Shown: positions 47,596-62,012, counted from the stretch's first letter. The stretch: DNA of 64,000 bases from Leucoraja erinacea (GCF_028641065.1 NC_073395.1:29822001-29886000), one strand, 5' to 3'. Notes: generated by a model not told the origin, from the letters alone. Numbers and translations are program-made.

Positions 47596-49910
47596 TTAAC
47601 TCCATATGCTTGGTTAATGTCTGCAATGGCTCGCATAACAATTTTTAGAGATTGTGCATTTGTATTCCTGCTCCCTTTAACTTCTCCAAAGTTTAATGTG
47701 CAGGGCATGAACTTTTCACACAGAGAGTGGTGGGTGCCTGGAACACACTGCTGGGTGTGGTAGTAGTGGCGGATATTATAGTGTTGTTTAAGAGACTTTT
47801 GGAAAGGCACAGTGATGTGCAGATAGTAAAGATTTGACCTTGGCATTATGTTCAGCACAGACATTATGGGCTGATGGGCCTGTTCATGTGCAGTAGTGTT
47901 CTATGATCTGTTCTGTGTAGATTTTTATTTACTAAGTAAAATGCAATGACCTTCACTTTCAACACAATTATTTGAATGATTATGTATATTCAAATATGCT
48001 CATGAACCAAAAATCCCAACAATAGATTACCTGATACAATTACATATATGTTTAGACAAGATTACGTTTTTTTTAAGAATCAAGTCCTCAGATCAAAAAT
48101 TGAGGGAAACTAAAGGCTAAATTGGAATCTTGATCTTAGAAATTTGTTGATTTATTTAGCTGAAAGTCCTCTCCAAATGTTTCAAATTAGTGACAGTGTA
48201 GCAGGTAGGTGAGAGAGCCCGGAATGAAGGCAAGGAACCAGGCAAATTCTGTAGAGGCTTTAATGAGCACAGCACACTAATCTCCGCTTCAGTGAGAGAC
48301 TGAAGACTGGTCTTGCGCCAAAAATCCCTGCTCTTATAGAAATATAGAAACCTAGAAAATAGGTGTAGGAGGAGGCCATTCGGCCCTTCGAGCCAGCACC
48401 ACCATTCGTTGTGATCATGGCTGATCGTCCCCAATCAATAACACGTGTCTGCATTCTCCCCATGCCTCTTCATTCCACTAGCCCCTGGAGCTCTATCTAA
48501 CTCCCTCTTAAATCCATCCAGTGATATGGCCTCCACTGCCCTTTGTGGCAGTGAATTCCACAAATTTACAACTCTCTGGGTGAAAACCTTTTTTCTCACC
48601 TCAGTATTAAATGGCCTTCCCTTTATTCTAAGACTGTGGCCCCTGGTTCTGGACTCACCCAACATTGGGACCATTTTTCCTGCATCTAGCTTGTCCAGTC
48701 CTTTTATAATTTTACATGTTTCTGTAAGATATCCCCTCATCCTTTTAAACTCCAGTGAATACAAGCCTAGTCTTTTCAATCTTTCCTCATATCACAGTCC
48801 CGCCATCCCAGGGATCAATCTCGTGAACCTAGCCTGCACTGCCTCAATCACAAGGATGTCATTCCTCAAATTAGGAGACCAAAACTGTACACAATACTCC
48901 AGATGTGGTCTTACCAGAGCCCTGTACAACTGCTGAAGAACCTCTTTACTCCTATACTGAAATCCTCTTGTATGAAGGCCAACATTCCATTAGCTTTTTT
49001 CACTGCCTGCTGTAGCTGCACGCCAACTTTCAGTGACAGGTGTACAAGGACACCCAGGTCTTGCTGTACCTCCCTTTACCTAACCCCATTGAGATAATAA
49101 TCTGCCCCCTTGTTTTTGCCACAAAAGTGGATAACTTCACATTTTTCTAAATTATACTGCATCTGCCACGCATCTGCCCACTCGCTCAACCTGTCCAGGT
49201 CACCCTGCAACCACCTAACATCCTCTTCACAGTTCACACTGCCACCCAGCTTTGTGTCATCCACAAACTTGCTAGTGTTGCTCCTAATTCCCTCTTCCAA
49301 ATCATTAATATCTATGGTAAATAGTTGTGGCCCTAACACCAAGCCTTGCAGCACTCCACTCGCCACTGCCTGCCATTCTGAAAAGAACCCGTTCACTCCT
49401 ACACTGTGCTTCCTGTCTGCCAACCATTTTTTTATCCACATCAACACCCTACCCCCAATACCATGTGCTCTAATTTTAGTCGCCAGTCTCCCGTGCGGGG
49501 CATTATCAAAGGCTTTCTGAAAGTCTAGCCATCCATTTTACTTGTCACGTCCTCAACAAATTCCAGAAGATTAGTCAAGCATGATTTTCCTTCCATTAGT
49601 CCATGCTGCCTTGGGCTAATCCTTTTACTGCTATCCAAATGCCCCATTATTACCTCTTTAATTATTGATTCCAGCATCTTCCCCACCACTGAAGTCAGGC
49701 TAACTGGTCTGTAATTCCCCCTTTTCTCTCTTGTTCCTTTCTTGAAAAGTGGGATAACATTAGCAATCCTCCAGTCCACCGGAACTGATCCTGAATCTAT
49801 TGAACATTGGAAAATGATCACCAATGCGTCCACTATTTCTGGAGCCACCTCCCTGAGGATCCTGGGATGCAGACCATCAGGCCCAGGGTATTTATCATGC
49901 TTCAGTCCCC

Positions 49911-50824
49911 TTAAAGACAAAGGAATTAATAATAGACTTTAGGAAGAATAAAACGGACATGGTACCATTGACTATCAGAGGGGACTGTGTGGAGAGGGTG
50001 GCGGATTTCCGCTTCCTGGGAATCCATATTGAGGAGGACCTGACGTGGAGCGTGAACACCACTGCGCTGCTGAAAAAGGTCCAGCAGAGACTGCACTTCC
50101 TGAGGGTGCTCAGGAAGAATAACATCAATCAGAGACTGCTGCTGTCCTTTTATCGGTGCTCCATTGAGAGCATCCTAACATACTGTGTATGCGTGTGGTA
50201 CACCAGCTGCACAGCGGCTCAGAGGAAAGCGCTCCAGAGGGCCATTGACAACGCCCAGAGGATTGTCGGCTGCCCTCTCCTTACCTTGGAGGACTTACAC
50301 AGTTCCCGCTGCACCAAAAAATCCCAGAGTATCATAAAGGACATTTCCCACCCCGGACACTCCCTGTTTGAACTGTTGCCGTCAGGCAGACGGTACAGAT
50401 CTACAAGGACAAGGACGAACAGACTAAAAAACAGTTTTTACCCCACTGCTATAAAAGCACTAAATGTAGCCGCCAAGTAAAAGAGGGGCCAGACATACTA
50501 AGGGAATGTGGTACACTGTGAAATCGACAGAAGGATGGAGGGTTGGGTGTTTATGCGTGCTATTTTCATGATCATGATCAGCCATGATCATATTGAATGG
50601 CGGTGCAGGCTCGAAGGGCCGAATGGCCTACTCCTGCACCTAATTTCTATGTTTCTATGTTTCTATTTTCGTGATATTTATTTTAGTTGTTTATCTTTTA
50701 ATATTTTATCTTGTATGTATCATTAGCTTTTAGAAATGTTTGAATGGTGCACTGACTGGCTGACATTTTTAAATTTTGTTGTACATGGTTCATGTTACAA
50801 TGACAATAAAGAAACTATTCTATT
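49911..50824 (+). mobile_element. Rex1/Babar LINE 3' part with (CTATT)n tail
   Basis: ORF 49959..50480 (FRFLGIHI...QQRLHFLR...IESILTY...HPGHSLFELLPSGRRYRS), uninterrupted. Confidence 0.9.
50573..50662 (+). mobile_element. 90-bp CR1 3' tail inserted in the Rex1 3' UTR
   Basis: 13-bp TSD CTATTTTC(A/G)TGAT (50560-50572, 50663-50675). Confidence 0.82.
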
Positions 50825-52309
50825 AGCCTATCCAATACTATTTCTCGCCTAATGAAGATTTCTTCCAGTTCCTCTATCTTCATAGCTGGAAGCCGCCCCC
50901 GGACCTGTCCATCAAGTGCTAAGGGGGATGAACCAGGATGTGCCCTACTCCCCAATAACTGCCACAACAGGTTCATAAAGCCATTAAAACATCCGTCAAA
51001 GAATTTATAGCTGAAAGTCTGAATGCTGTCGCTATATATGTTGCAGAACACAATCTGAGCCTATCTGAATGTGAGCAATATCCTCCAAGTCGATTTGTCA
51101 ATAATTTACATTTGATGCACAATGTTTTGTGTATCAAGGATTCTCAGTCCATGGGCAAAAGCATACAGTATTTTCTTTTCTGGGTATAAACTATGTCAAT
51201 CTACCATGATTCGGCATCACAGGAACTGCTAAAACGTTGCCCTACAGCAACTTAATTCTGCTAAGATAAACTTTGCATGCTGCCAGCAATTTTTCCCTTA
51301 TTCCTTTCTTCCAATCTGTCTTTGCTACAGGTTCGGTTATAAGTGCAGGACATGCTGGAGTTCGAAAAAGAGCATTGAGTAATGCCATTAACTGTCTAAA
51401 ACCAGTACTTTAGTTCCTTTGGCCTACATATCACCTCCGCAAATACCACATTTCAGATAAATATATGGCATTTATATTTTTATTACCAATATCACAGAAA
51501 TAAAACGCCAATGCCAAGATTTTTTATTATCTCCAGGATTGATACTTGTCTGAGCCATAGAAACAAATATTCAACAAGATGTCTTAAAATGAAATGCTCA
51601 ACTCTTATAACTCTTACTGGAGATAATTACATAGATTGTTCTTTTTTTTTGTTCTGCTGAGTTATTTTATGGAATTGTATGTTTGGAAGACTGTTATCCT
51701 GCATGTTATGAAAAGTCTTTGGTATAAACCAGCATCTGAGGTTCCTCTAAACCCCAGGGGCACTGAAACAAACCACAAAATTCTCGTTCATGAAAGTTTT
51801 ATTCTCCCTTTTGTAATAGAACGGGTTGGTGGGATAGAAATTCAGGTGCACCAGAAACATTCCAGACTGTGAATCGCATTGCACAGTGATTCACATCGGT
51901 TGAAATCAGTCCACTGATACATTATTTCTGATACATTTATCAGGAAAGTAGTGCATGATATTCCAAGGTCAATTGATATTGGGCAATGAATAACATGCAG
52001 GTTTAAATAAAACACACTTCTGCATTCCCTCTCAACCATCTTCACCTTAACACACAGATTGATCACTCCACCCACAAATCTCTTCTCGTCATCAGACCTA
52101 GTCTGAAACCTGAATCTCCACAACTCGCTTCTTATAATTCCTTGGTGCCTCAACTTTTGGCTTCTTATCTCTCCATTCAAGGCTCTGATACTCACACCTT
52201 CTATCAACTATCCACAAGGCAGTGATTTTGGCAGCTGCCCAAATGCTTTGCCCTTCTCGTGGGCCCAATGATATGATGCTAACTACTCTCACTGCCAAGG
52301 TCCTAGTTG

Positions 52310-53856
52310 GACATAGAAACATATAAACATAGAAAATAGGTGCAGGCGGAGGCCATTCGGCTCTTCAAGCCAGCACCGCCATTTATTGTGATCATGGCTG
52401 ATCGTCCCCAATCAATAACCCGTGCCTGCCTTCTCCCCATATCCCTTGATTCCACTAGCCCCTAGAGCTCTATCTATCTCTCCCTTAAATCCATCCAGTG
52501 ATTTGGCCTCCACTGCCATTTGTGGCAGGGAATTCCACAAATTCACAAATCTCTGGGTGAAAAAGTTTTTTCTCACCTCAGTCTTAAATGGCCTCCCCTT
52601 TATTCCAAGACTGTGACCCCTGGTTCTGGACTCGCCCAACATTGGGAACATTTTTCCTGCATTTAGCTTGACCAGTCATTTAATATTTTTCTATAAGTTT
52701 TCCCCTCGTCCTTCTAAACTCCAGTAAATACAAGCCTAGTCTTTTCAATCTTTCCTCATATGGCAGTCCCACCATCCCAGGGATCAATCTCGTGAACCTA
52801 CGCTGCATTGCCTCAATCACAAGGATGTCCTTCATCAAATTAGGAGACCAAAACTTTACGCAATACCAGATGTGGTCTTACCAGAGCCCTATACAACTGC
52901 AGAAGAACCTCTCTACTCCAATACTGAAATCCTCTTGTTATGAAGGCCAACATTCCATTAGCTTTTTTCACTGCTTGCTGTACTTGCACGCCAACCTTCA
53001 GTGACTGGTGTACAAGGACACCCAGGTCTTGCTGTACCTCCCCCTTACCTAACCCCATTGGGATAATAATCTACGCCCTTGTTTTTGCCACCAGAGTGGA
53101 TAACCTCACATTTATCTATCTTATACTACATCTGCCCACTCACTCAACTTGTCCAGGTCACCCTGCAACCTCCTAACATCCTCTTCACAGTTCACACTAC
53201 CACCCAGTTTTGTGTCATCCGCAAACGTGCTGGTGTTGCCCCTAATTCCCTCTTCCAAATCATTAATATATGGTAAACAGTTGCGGCCCCAGCACCAAGC
53301 CTTGCGGCACTCCATTCGCCTCTGCCTGCCATTCTGAAAAGACCCGTTCTCTCCTACTCTTTGCTTCCTCACTGCCAACCAATTTTCTATCCATGTCAAC
53401 AGCCTACCCCCAATACCATGTGCTCTAATTTTGGTCACCAGTCTCCCGTGTGGGCCCTTATCAAAGGCTTACTGAAAGTCTAGATACACTACATCCACAT
53501 TCATTTTACTTTCCTAGTCACATCCTCAAAAATTTCCAGGAGATTAGTCAAGCATGATTTTCCTTTCATAAAGCCATGCTGACTTGGAGTAATCCTTTTA
53601 CTGCTATCCAAATGCCCCATTATTACCTCTTTAATAATTGACTCCAGCATATTTCCCACCACCGAAGTCAGGCTAACTGGTCTGTAATTCCCCGTTTTCT
53701 CTCTCTCGCTCCTTTCTTGAAAAGTGGGATAGCATTAGCTATCCTCCAATCCACAGGAACGGATCCTGAATCTTTTGAACATTGGAAAATGATCACCAAT
53801 GCATCCACTATTTCTAGAGCCACCTCCCTGAGGACCCTGGGATGCAGACCATCAGA
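52310..53856 (-). mobile_element. CR1 LINE ORF2 3' part
   Basis: FADDTKLGG and [10 protein letters not shown] motifs; CATAGAAA tail; frameshifted. Confidence 0.92.
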
Positions 53857-55109
53857 CTATCAGGGACCTTTGAACGCTGGGATATTGTTATCCCCAACCC
53901 CTCCTGACTTGGTAATGGTCCATGATGGTGCATCAATCTTTGTTGGTGCAGCACCCAACAGTCATATGATGCAATAATTGGGGTGGTAGGACATCAATCT
54001 GTACACCCACATATGTTTCAGGATTGCAATAATGTTGAATCTCCATGCACGCTCTTTTCCTCTCTCTTATCTCCTCCAGCTCTAAAACTGTCCACCATTA
54101 CTGCTCAAGCCTTCAGTGAGCAAATCCCTAACTATAATTCCCTCTCCCATTCTATCATCCTCTCTATTGCTTACACTATTTCAATATTTAAACAACGTTT
54201 AGCATACCTGTTCAAATATCTTCTTATGTTGCTGAAAGTCAACATTTTTTTTGACTATCCACCTACGAAGCATGTCAAGAAGTTTCTGCTGTAATAAAAG
54301 GGAAATTAGAATCTCAGACTCAGAGCTTGGAAATAGGCCTTTCAGCCCACCGAGCCTGCATTTTGACAGTTAATAATCCAATTACTTTATTTACTTCACA
54401 TTCTCATCAACAGTCTGAAGAGAGGTCCTGACCCAAAACATTGCCTATCCATCTTTGCCACAGATGCTGCCTGACCCCCCCCCCCCCCCCAACACTGTGT
54501 TTTATGCAGCTATCAAATACATTCTGGGTGTTCTCTGACTGGCCACTTTGTATTTATCTCCACCTTTGCTTTATCTTTTTTCTTCCTATAGCTCTACATC
54601 AGAGTGGTGTTCAATTGCTTTGGCATGTCTTCAAAGCAGCAGGAACATAGGGTTGTGAATATTGCCCGATTTACACAGAGATATTGCAGGCACGTAATAG
54701 TGACAGACCTTCTATGCTGTAAAACTGCCATGCAAACTCTTTGCAGCCTTTCAATAGTGTGGAAGATTTTTTTTCCCCCTGTGGAGCCACTTATCACAAA
54801 TTGGCCACATTTTGTTTTAGGAGATTCTGGATTACATCAGGCAACTGCAAGACTCCCATTAGGACATTCACTTTGCCAAGAAAAACTGCAAACAGGGAAC
54901 AAATCTAATTGCTTTAATAACTTGACCTTGTCTATAAGATCATTAAGGCATAATATTTTGTACGGGAACCCATCATATAAAGCCTGCTGTTCTAAATGCC
55001 TTTTGCAGTAGTCAGACAAGTGCCACAGAAGTTTATTCCAGGTTGGCAATACTTAACCTGCTCTAATCTATCCTCTGCTTCACAAATGTCTGCCATTCAC
55101 TAATTTGAC

Positions 55110-55782
55110 TCCAGTACAATACAAGAGAACAGGCACTTTGGCCCACAATATCTGTGTTGTACATGATGCCAGGACCAACTCTTATGTACCTGCGTATAAT
55201 CTATATTCCTCCATTCCATACATATCCCTATGTCTATCCAAAAGGCTCTTAAATCCCACTATCATATCTGTCTCAACCACCAGCCCTGGCAGCATGATCC
55301 AGGCACTGCTCACCTTCTGTGTGTGTGGAAAAAAAAAGGCACACCACACATCTCCTTTAAATGTTGTCCCCCTTGCCTTAAAGCTGTGCCCTCTAGCACT
55401 TGAATTTTCAGGGGGGGTTGGTTGGACAGGCAGCAAGATTATTCCCGCTGTTGGGGAAGTCCAGAACAAGGGGTCACAGTTTAAGGATAAGGGGGAAATC
55501 TTTTAGGACCGAGATGAGAAAAACATTTTTCACACAGAGAGTGGTGAATCTGTGGAATTCGCTGCCACAGAAGGTAGTTGTGGCCAGTTCATTGGCTATA
55601 TTTAAGAGGGAGGTAGATGTGGCCCTTGTGGCTAAAGGGATCAGGGGGTATGGAGAGAAGGCAGGTACAGGATACTGAGTTGGATGATCAGCCGTGATCA
55701 TATTGAATGGCGGTGCAGGCTCGAAGGGCCAAATGGTCTACTCCTGCACCTATTTTCTATGTTTCTATGTTTCTATTTCTAT
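55110..55782. mobile_element. Older minus-strand CR1 fragment followed by a young plus-strand CR1 3' end (55421-55782)
   Basis: RTRGHSLRIRGKSFRTEMRKTFFTQRVVNLWNSLP and (TTTCTATG)n. Confidence 0.85.
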
Positions 55783-56499
55783 CCTGGGGAATAACGTTCT
55801 GAGTCTCTACACAGACTTGGGATGAATTTCCGGGCGTGCTCAGTTTATGGGAGGTGTACAATGGAGCACAGACTCCCCAGTAATCATTATCAATATTGAA
55901 AGAACGAGTCCCACGTGTGTACGTGTATAATGCGGGTCTAGTTTATATGGTCTGCTAAATGTAGTCAAGTTCAGGTTTCTGCACAAGCAGCTACAATCTC
56001 AAGTGAAATACACAAATATTACAACTGTGAAATTATTAGATAAAATGAAAGTAGGTATTTTTTTTTTTAATGCTGCCGGCTCTTCTGGAACAGACATATG
56101 TCCCTAATGAGAGTTAGCAGGCTTGCTGAAGTGCTCATGTAATTGGAAGCAAGTGTGACACTTGGGAATGTTGGTGAAAAAATGCTGCTACTTCCCAACC
56201 CAGCTGTAATATATTTCTCCTTGCTCTCAGCTGGAGCAGATTCTGTTGTTCCCACTTCTGAAGGTCAAGGAGCTGAGTTCTGGGACGCGTGGGCCATTAA
56301 CTAGTTTATATTCAAATTTGATCTGATTTATTGTTGACATTTACCATTGCACAACAAAAAACCCCACAAAATACCATTTAGATGGTATTGACATACATTG
56401 GGCACCTTTATCGCAGAAATGTACATTGTTGACCAGTGTGAGCAAGTTGGGCGGATGGGCCTGTTTCCACACTGTGTCACTCTATGACTCTAAATACTG

Positions 56500-56788
56500 C
56501 GGGGTGGCATGGTGGTGCAGCAGTAGAGTTTCTGCAGGGCCAGAGACCTGGGTTCGATCCCAACTACGGGTGCTGTCTGTACAGAGTTTGTACATTCTCC
56601 CCGTGACCGCGTGGATTTTCTCCGAGATCTTCTGTTTTACCCCCACACTAAAAGACATGTTAATTGGCATGGTATGGGTGTAATTTGTCCCTTGTGTGTA
56701 GGTTAGTGTTAATGTATGGGGATCGCGGGTTGGTGCAGACTCGATGGGCTGAAGGGCCTGTTTCTGCGCTGTATCTCTAAACTAAACA
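56500..56788 (+). mobile_element. HE1/V-SINE
   Basis: B-box GGTTCGATCC, V-domain, CR1-type tail. Confidence 0.8.
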
Positions 56789-57676
56789 AAATAAATACTC
56801 TAACCACCACCCATCAAGAGGAACATCTACTGCGAGAGCTTATATTTGTATAAATAAAGAATTACATCAAAGTGAATTTGCCACATATTACATATTTTGA
56901 TAAAGTATTTATGTGAAGGATTAAGTGTCAAGCTCTAGTTATATATAAAGCAGCTGCAAACGAGACATGTTATTTTTCTCTAATTCATTTTGAGGTATGG
57001 GCATTATGAGAAGAAAGAATATTAGTTCATCTTCTCCAACTGAGCTTTAGGAGGTGGTGATGAGCTGCTTTCCTCAATGATGGTTGTTCTTTTGAAGATA
57101 CTGCCATATAATGCAAAGTGCCTGAGTAACTCGGGTAACATCTGGGAGGTAGGGGACAGGTGGGTGGAGGAGGCAGGAGAGTGGGGTAAAATGGGTGGGC
57201 ATCCATTTATCCCACTATACCTTCGCTTTTCCCTGGCCTGCCATCTTCTTCCACCCATATCCCTCCCTCTGGCTTCACATTTCACTCCTCTTCTCTGCTT
57301 ATCTGATTCCCTTTTGCCTCCTTTTCAGCTCTGGCCTTTGTCCACTCTTTGGTCCACCAAAACCTCTTCAGCTGTACCAACCTATCACTTGCCAGGCTCC
57401 GCAGAACCTTACTATTGAGGAAGTCTTGACCTCCTTTAATCTGCCCTTCTGACTCCATAATCCCAGTGGTATCCTCTACAACAAATGGGTGGGTGCCTCG
57501 AATCTCCCTCTCTTGCTTTCATGTCACCACAGTGCTGTACTGTCCCCAGGTATTTATTTTCTAAGGTCTAGAGGGGTTGAGCGATATTGGTATTAATAAA
57601 CGTTTCCACCAATCATCCTTCTGAATTTGTTCTATTGATGATTCCATAGCTAGTTCTCACACAGTGTAACGGTTGA

Positions 57677-58150
57677 TCATAAGGTCATAAGTGATAGCAG
57701 TAGATTTAGGCCATTCAGCCCATCAAATCAACTCCACCATTCAATAATGGCTGATCTTTCTCTCCCTCCTAACCCCATTGTCCTGCCTTCACCCCATAGC
57801 CTCTGACATCCATACTAATCAAGAATCTATCTATCTCTGCCTGAAATATATCCACTGACTTGGCCTCCACAGTCTTCTGTGGCAAATAATTCGACAGATT
57901 TGCCACCTTCTGACAAAATAAATTCCTCCTCATCTCCTTCCTAAAAGAATGTCCTTTATTCTGATGCCATGACCTCTAGTCCTAGACTCTCCCACTAGTG
58001 GAAACATCCTCTCCACATCCACTCTATCCAAGCCTTTCGCTATTCTGTATGTTTCAATGAGATCCCCCCTCATCCTTTTAAACTCCAACGAGTACAGGCC
58101 CAGTGCCGTCAAACGCTCATCATATGTTAACCTACCCATTCCTGGGATGA
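57677..58150 (-). mobile_element. CR1 3' fragment
   Basis: LGLYSLEFKRMRGDLIETY (ORF 57930..58160). Confidence 0.85.
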
Positions 58151-58579
58151 GTAACTGCACTTCATGGTTTCCTTATTACTTAAAATCATCACTTTCTTCA
58201 AAGACCCATCACTTTACACGGTTTCTTGTGAAATCAACCAAATTTGGCACCTCTCATCAACAGACACTGTACATTCAGTTATTAAGTTGCCTCTCAGTGT
58301 CATTGAATCCTGATATTGGTTGCAGAATATCCTCATTTTCCACTGTTATTTTCCTAGTCAACATTTTTGTGAATACTCTTATTTACTCCACCTCTTCCCA
58401 AGATAATCACTTTTCACAATAAATGCTTGATATATTTATTTTATCATTTTTTCCCCCACAGATTTCCATTCAGCCACTTGCTGTGGAATCACTCAAATGC
58501 TTGTTAACCCAATAGAAATTAGATTCAGGAGTTTTCGATAATAGACTCACATTGATCTTTCTTTTTCTCATTCTATGAT

Positions 58580-58822
58580 TTTAAAGAGGAGTTATCCCTG
58601 GTGCTGTGGTCAATAGTTCTCCCTCAATCAACATTACTAACCAATAGATAACCTAGTCTATAAATCTAGTTAACATTCTTGTTCATAGAAATGTATTGTT
58701 CACAAATTGTCTGCTGAATTTCCACCATTCCAATATTGACTCCACTACAGAAGGACTTCACTGTTTGCTACATCTCTGGAATTCCTGAAAGGAAAAATGT
58801 AGAACTAATGTTTTTCTTTCCT
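58580..58822 (+). mobile_element. Ancient DeuSINE (SacSINE1/AmnSINE-like) remnant
   Basis: GGTCAATAGTTCTCCCTCAATCAACATTACTAA...CACAAATTGTCTGC resembles the Deu-domain consensus as recalled; heavily diverged. Confidence 0.55.
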
Positions 58823-59524
58823 TCATTCTTCAATTTGCTATTCGGTTCTCTCTTTGCAAATTGTTCTAGGGATCAGCTTCAAAAGGTTTCAGCAAATTAT
58901 AAAGCTTCCGTCAATTTGGTTTTACCGTGTCAAGGTTAATAACTTTATGAAGTAGAAAAAAAATTACATGCGTGCTTAGTTTTTTCCTTCTTGTAAAGGT
59001 AAGATGTTTCTGTATATGACATATTGTATTCATTTTTGAGTAGTTGGAAAGTCAATGGATTCAATTATATATGCAGCTCGCCAACCAAATGGAAATAAAA
59101 CAGCAGCTTGCCTCTGTCTCTTCTAGGTTCTTAAAGTACATCATTTTTTCTTTCATACACAAAGCTAATTTGTTCTTTTTTTCCTCAGCAAACTGTTGAG
59201 GCATCTCACCAATGTAGTTAGTTTTCATCTGGGTGAAGGAAGAAAGCAGGGTTGCTTGCGTTAATGAGAGGTCAAATATTACACTGTGCTGAGGCTCTGG
59301 GGCCTTTGGTTAGTTTCTGGCTTGGGTAATTGAATCTTAGATCCATCCTTCTGAGCAGCATGCGAGGACGGCTTGAAAAGAAGAAAGCTCAAACAATATT
59401 AAAAAAAACAATTCAATGTACACCCAATCACTTGTGGGGTCAGCATTTAAAAATAATGATGCCTTGTAAAATGAAATGCATAATGTAGTATGATTTTAGT
59501 TTAAAATGCTATCTGTTTGGTTCG

Positions 59525-59890
59525 ACATAGAAATAGAGAACACAGAAACGGAGAAGAATAGAAGCAAAATTAAGTAATTTAACCTTTGAGTCAGCTTCAA
59601 TATGTTCATTGCTGATCATCCCCACTCAGAACCCCGTTTCAGCTGTCTTCCCATATCGCTCAACCCCTCCACACCTTAGAAAAGCAACAAACTCCTTCAA
59701 TATATTTAAAGATTTGCCTTCATCTGGATTCTATGACAGAGAATTCCACAGTTGCACCATTCTCTGGGTGAAGAAATCTCCCCTCATCTCATTGTTAGAT
59801 GGCATATTATAAATCCTTGGACTGGTATATATCCCCTGGCCCTGGACTCTCTGTCCATTGGGAACAGTTTTCCGGCATCTAATCCGTTGA
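59525..59890 (-). mobile_element. Old CR1 3' fragment
   Basis: GAATTCCACAG...CTCTGGGTGAAGAAAT motif and degenerate tail. Confidence 0.65.
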
Positions 59891-60024
59891 GTGGATTTCT
59901 TGAAAGTGGCACCGCAGGTAGGTAGATAGGGTGGTCAAAAAGGCTTTCGGCACATTGGCCATCACATGTTTATTGCGAATGATCAGGGAGGAATTTCCAA
60001 GTAATGTTAAACTCTCTGCCATTT

Positions 60025-60297
60025 TGTTTAGTTTAATGATACAGTGTGGAAATGGCCCACCGAGTCAGCAGTAATCCACACACTCGTTCTATTCTCCTCA
60101 TCAGGGATAATTACAGAAGCCAATTGACCTCCAAACCTGCACGTCTTTGGAATGTGTGAGGAAACTTGAGCACCTGAGCAAACCCACATGGTCGCAGCGA
60201 GAACGTGCAAACTCCGTACAGACAGCACCCGTAGTCAGTATTGAACCCGGGTCTCTGGCAGTGTAAGGCAGCAACTCTACCGCTCTGCACTGTGCCA
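60025..60297 (-). mobile_element. HE1/V-SINE
   Basis: Reverse complement of the 26371 family. Confidence 0.8.
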
Positions 60298-62012
60298 TCT
60301 CTAATTTCTAATACCTCTCATCTTCTCATTTCCTCATTGCCCATAAACTACACCTCTCCCAATGATTCCCCCCATTTTACCCCTGAAACCATATCTTCTG
60401 CAGCTTCTTTCCCAGCCACCTCCAAGATCTCCGACTCACTTTGTCCACGAGATCCACTTCCTAGTCACCCCACCAATTTTATACTAAATTGAGTGTATGG
60501 CTAAGCTTTCCTGCCGCCAAGCCAGCTGATGCCATAATTAGTACCCCTTTCGTCTGTACTTTGCTCAACCTCTCAAAGCTATTGTCTCTGATCCTGTGCT
60601 CAAAAAATCTCATCCACCATCTCTCTGGCCTTGAAAGCAGCATCTCCAACTCCACCCTCTCTCTCTCTCTATTCGTTTAATGCTCCTGCCGGCCATATAA
60701 TTGCCTTCCCCGTTGAGGCTTTCCAAGGCATCATAAAGTTCCATGAAGTGCCTTATGCCACTTCCACTATTAAAGGCAGCACATAAATTCAAGATGTCAT
60801 TCAGATTAATTAACTCATTGATTCCAGCAGCCATAACAAATGGCACCTGCTCCTGTTCTTAATGTCTTTACAATCACGAGCTAAAACAAAGGAGTTTTAA
60901 ACTCATAGCAATATCCTAAAAATCATTGATTGATTGAAACCTTTGGGGTGGAATTGTTCCTGCAGTACAGTAGTGCAGCCCTTTGTCTTGAAGTGGTCTT
61001 TGAGGAAAACAATGGGGGAAAGCAGCTTCCTTACCTGCCGTGGGCTGCCTAGCAACGAGGAAACATTTTATCAGCTTGCAATTTCACCTCAAAATAAAAT
61101 GTGTGTGGCCTTGTCTGGCATGTTATTTGGCTTCATTATAATTTTGTAATTTGAGTTGTCAAATCTACGGCAACTGGCAGTTGTATGTTAATTATATTTA
61201 AAGCTTGACTGGATGACACTTTGTCAGGAAAATTGGTTATCCAGTCATTGTGCATCTCTGGCTAAATGGTCTGGTGTACAGAAAATGTTGTAAAGAAAAA
61301 AAAAACCATATCCACACTTACAGAGAGAGAATGCTAGTCTCTGAATAATTGCTGCCTGACCCGCTGAATTACTCCAGCATTTTGTTTATATCTTCGATTT
61401 AAACCAGCATCTGCAGTTCTTTCCTACATGCTTTGTGTTCTTGTGCTGGCTATCAAAGTAGTAATTGTTGGTTTGATGGGGATGTGTCTGTCCACACACA
61501 AATGAATATGGCAAAGGTTGAACTGATCCCAAAACCTATGTGATTTGGCGAGTATTCCAAACCTCAGATAGTCATCTGTAAAGGTCACAATTAAAGATCG
61601 TAAGCTAACACTGTATCAAGTGCTGAGAACACTCCCAGACATGTACTTGTCCCATTTCATCCTGTGACACTCTCTGGGATATTGGTCTTAATTTCCGACA
61701 CAGAATCGTTTCTGGCACACGAGTCGTCCTTGAGGCAGTGTCACCGACCGGGTGTCAAACGAAGCTTGAATTATTAATCAGTGATGATAAAATCTAAAAC
61801 CTCAAGAACCAGAGTGCTGGATGAATTCAGCGGGTCAAGTAACATCCATAGAGGCAAGAGATATATGCCAACGTTTTGGGTCAATACCCTGCTTCACCTT
61901 GTCCTGCCCTGATGCAGGGTTTTGACCTGAGAGATTGACATAAACCTTTCTCCTCGATAAATTGTTTCCGAGTTCTTCTCGTGTCTTGCTTGTCATTTAA
62001 ACCAACTAAATA

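Larger units (their letters stand above)
48336..50880 (-). mobile_element. CR1 LINE ORF2 fragment split by a Rex1 insertion
   Basis: PGPDGLHPRIL, NYRPVSLTSVVGKMLE, SKFVDDTKLGG; resumes at 50822 (ATTAGCCTATCC). Confidence 0.92.

Noticed and set aside
48336-53856. Tandem segmental duplication of two similar minus-strand CR1s
   Set aside because: Flanks are unrelated, indels differ and the first copy extends further 5' (to about 50880); independent insertions are more likely
54821-54862. Acceptor followed by EILDYIRQLQDSH*, resembling bHLH helix 2
   Set aside because: Only 13 codons and no upstream basic/helix 1 exon found; compatible with chance
60300-60690. Possible old L2 LINE fragment
   Set aside because: Pyrimidine-rich with only faint motif resemblance; cannot be supported without an HMM search
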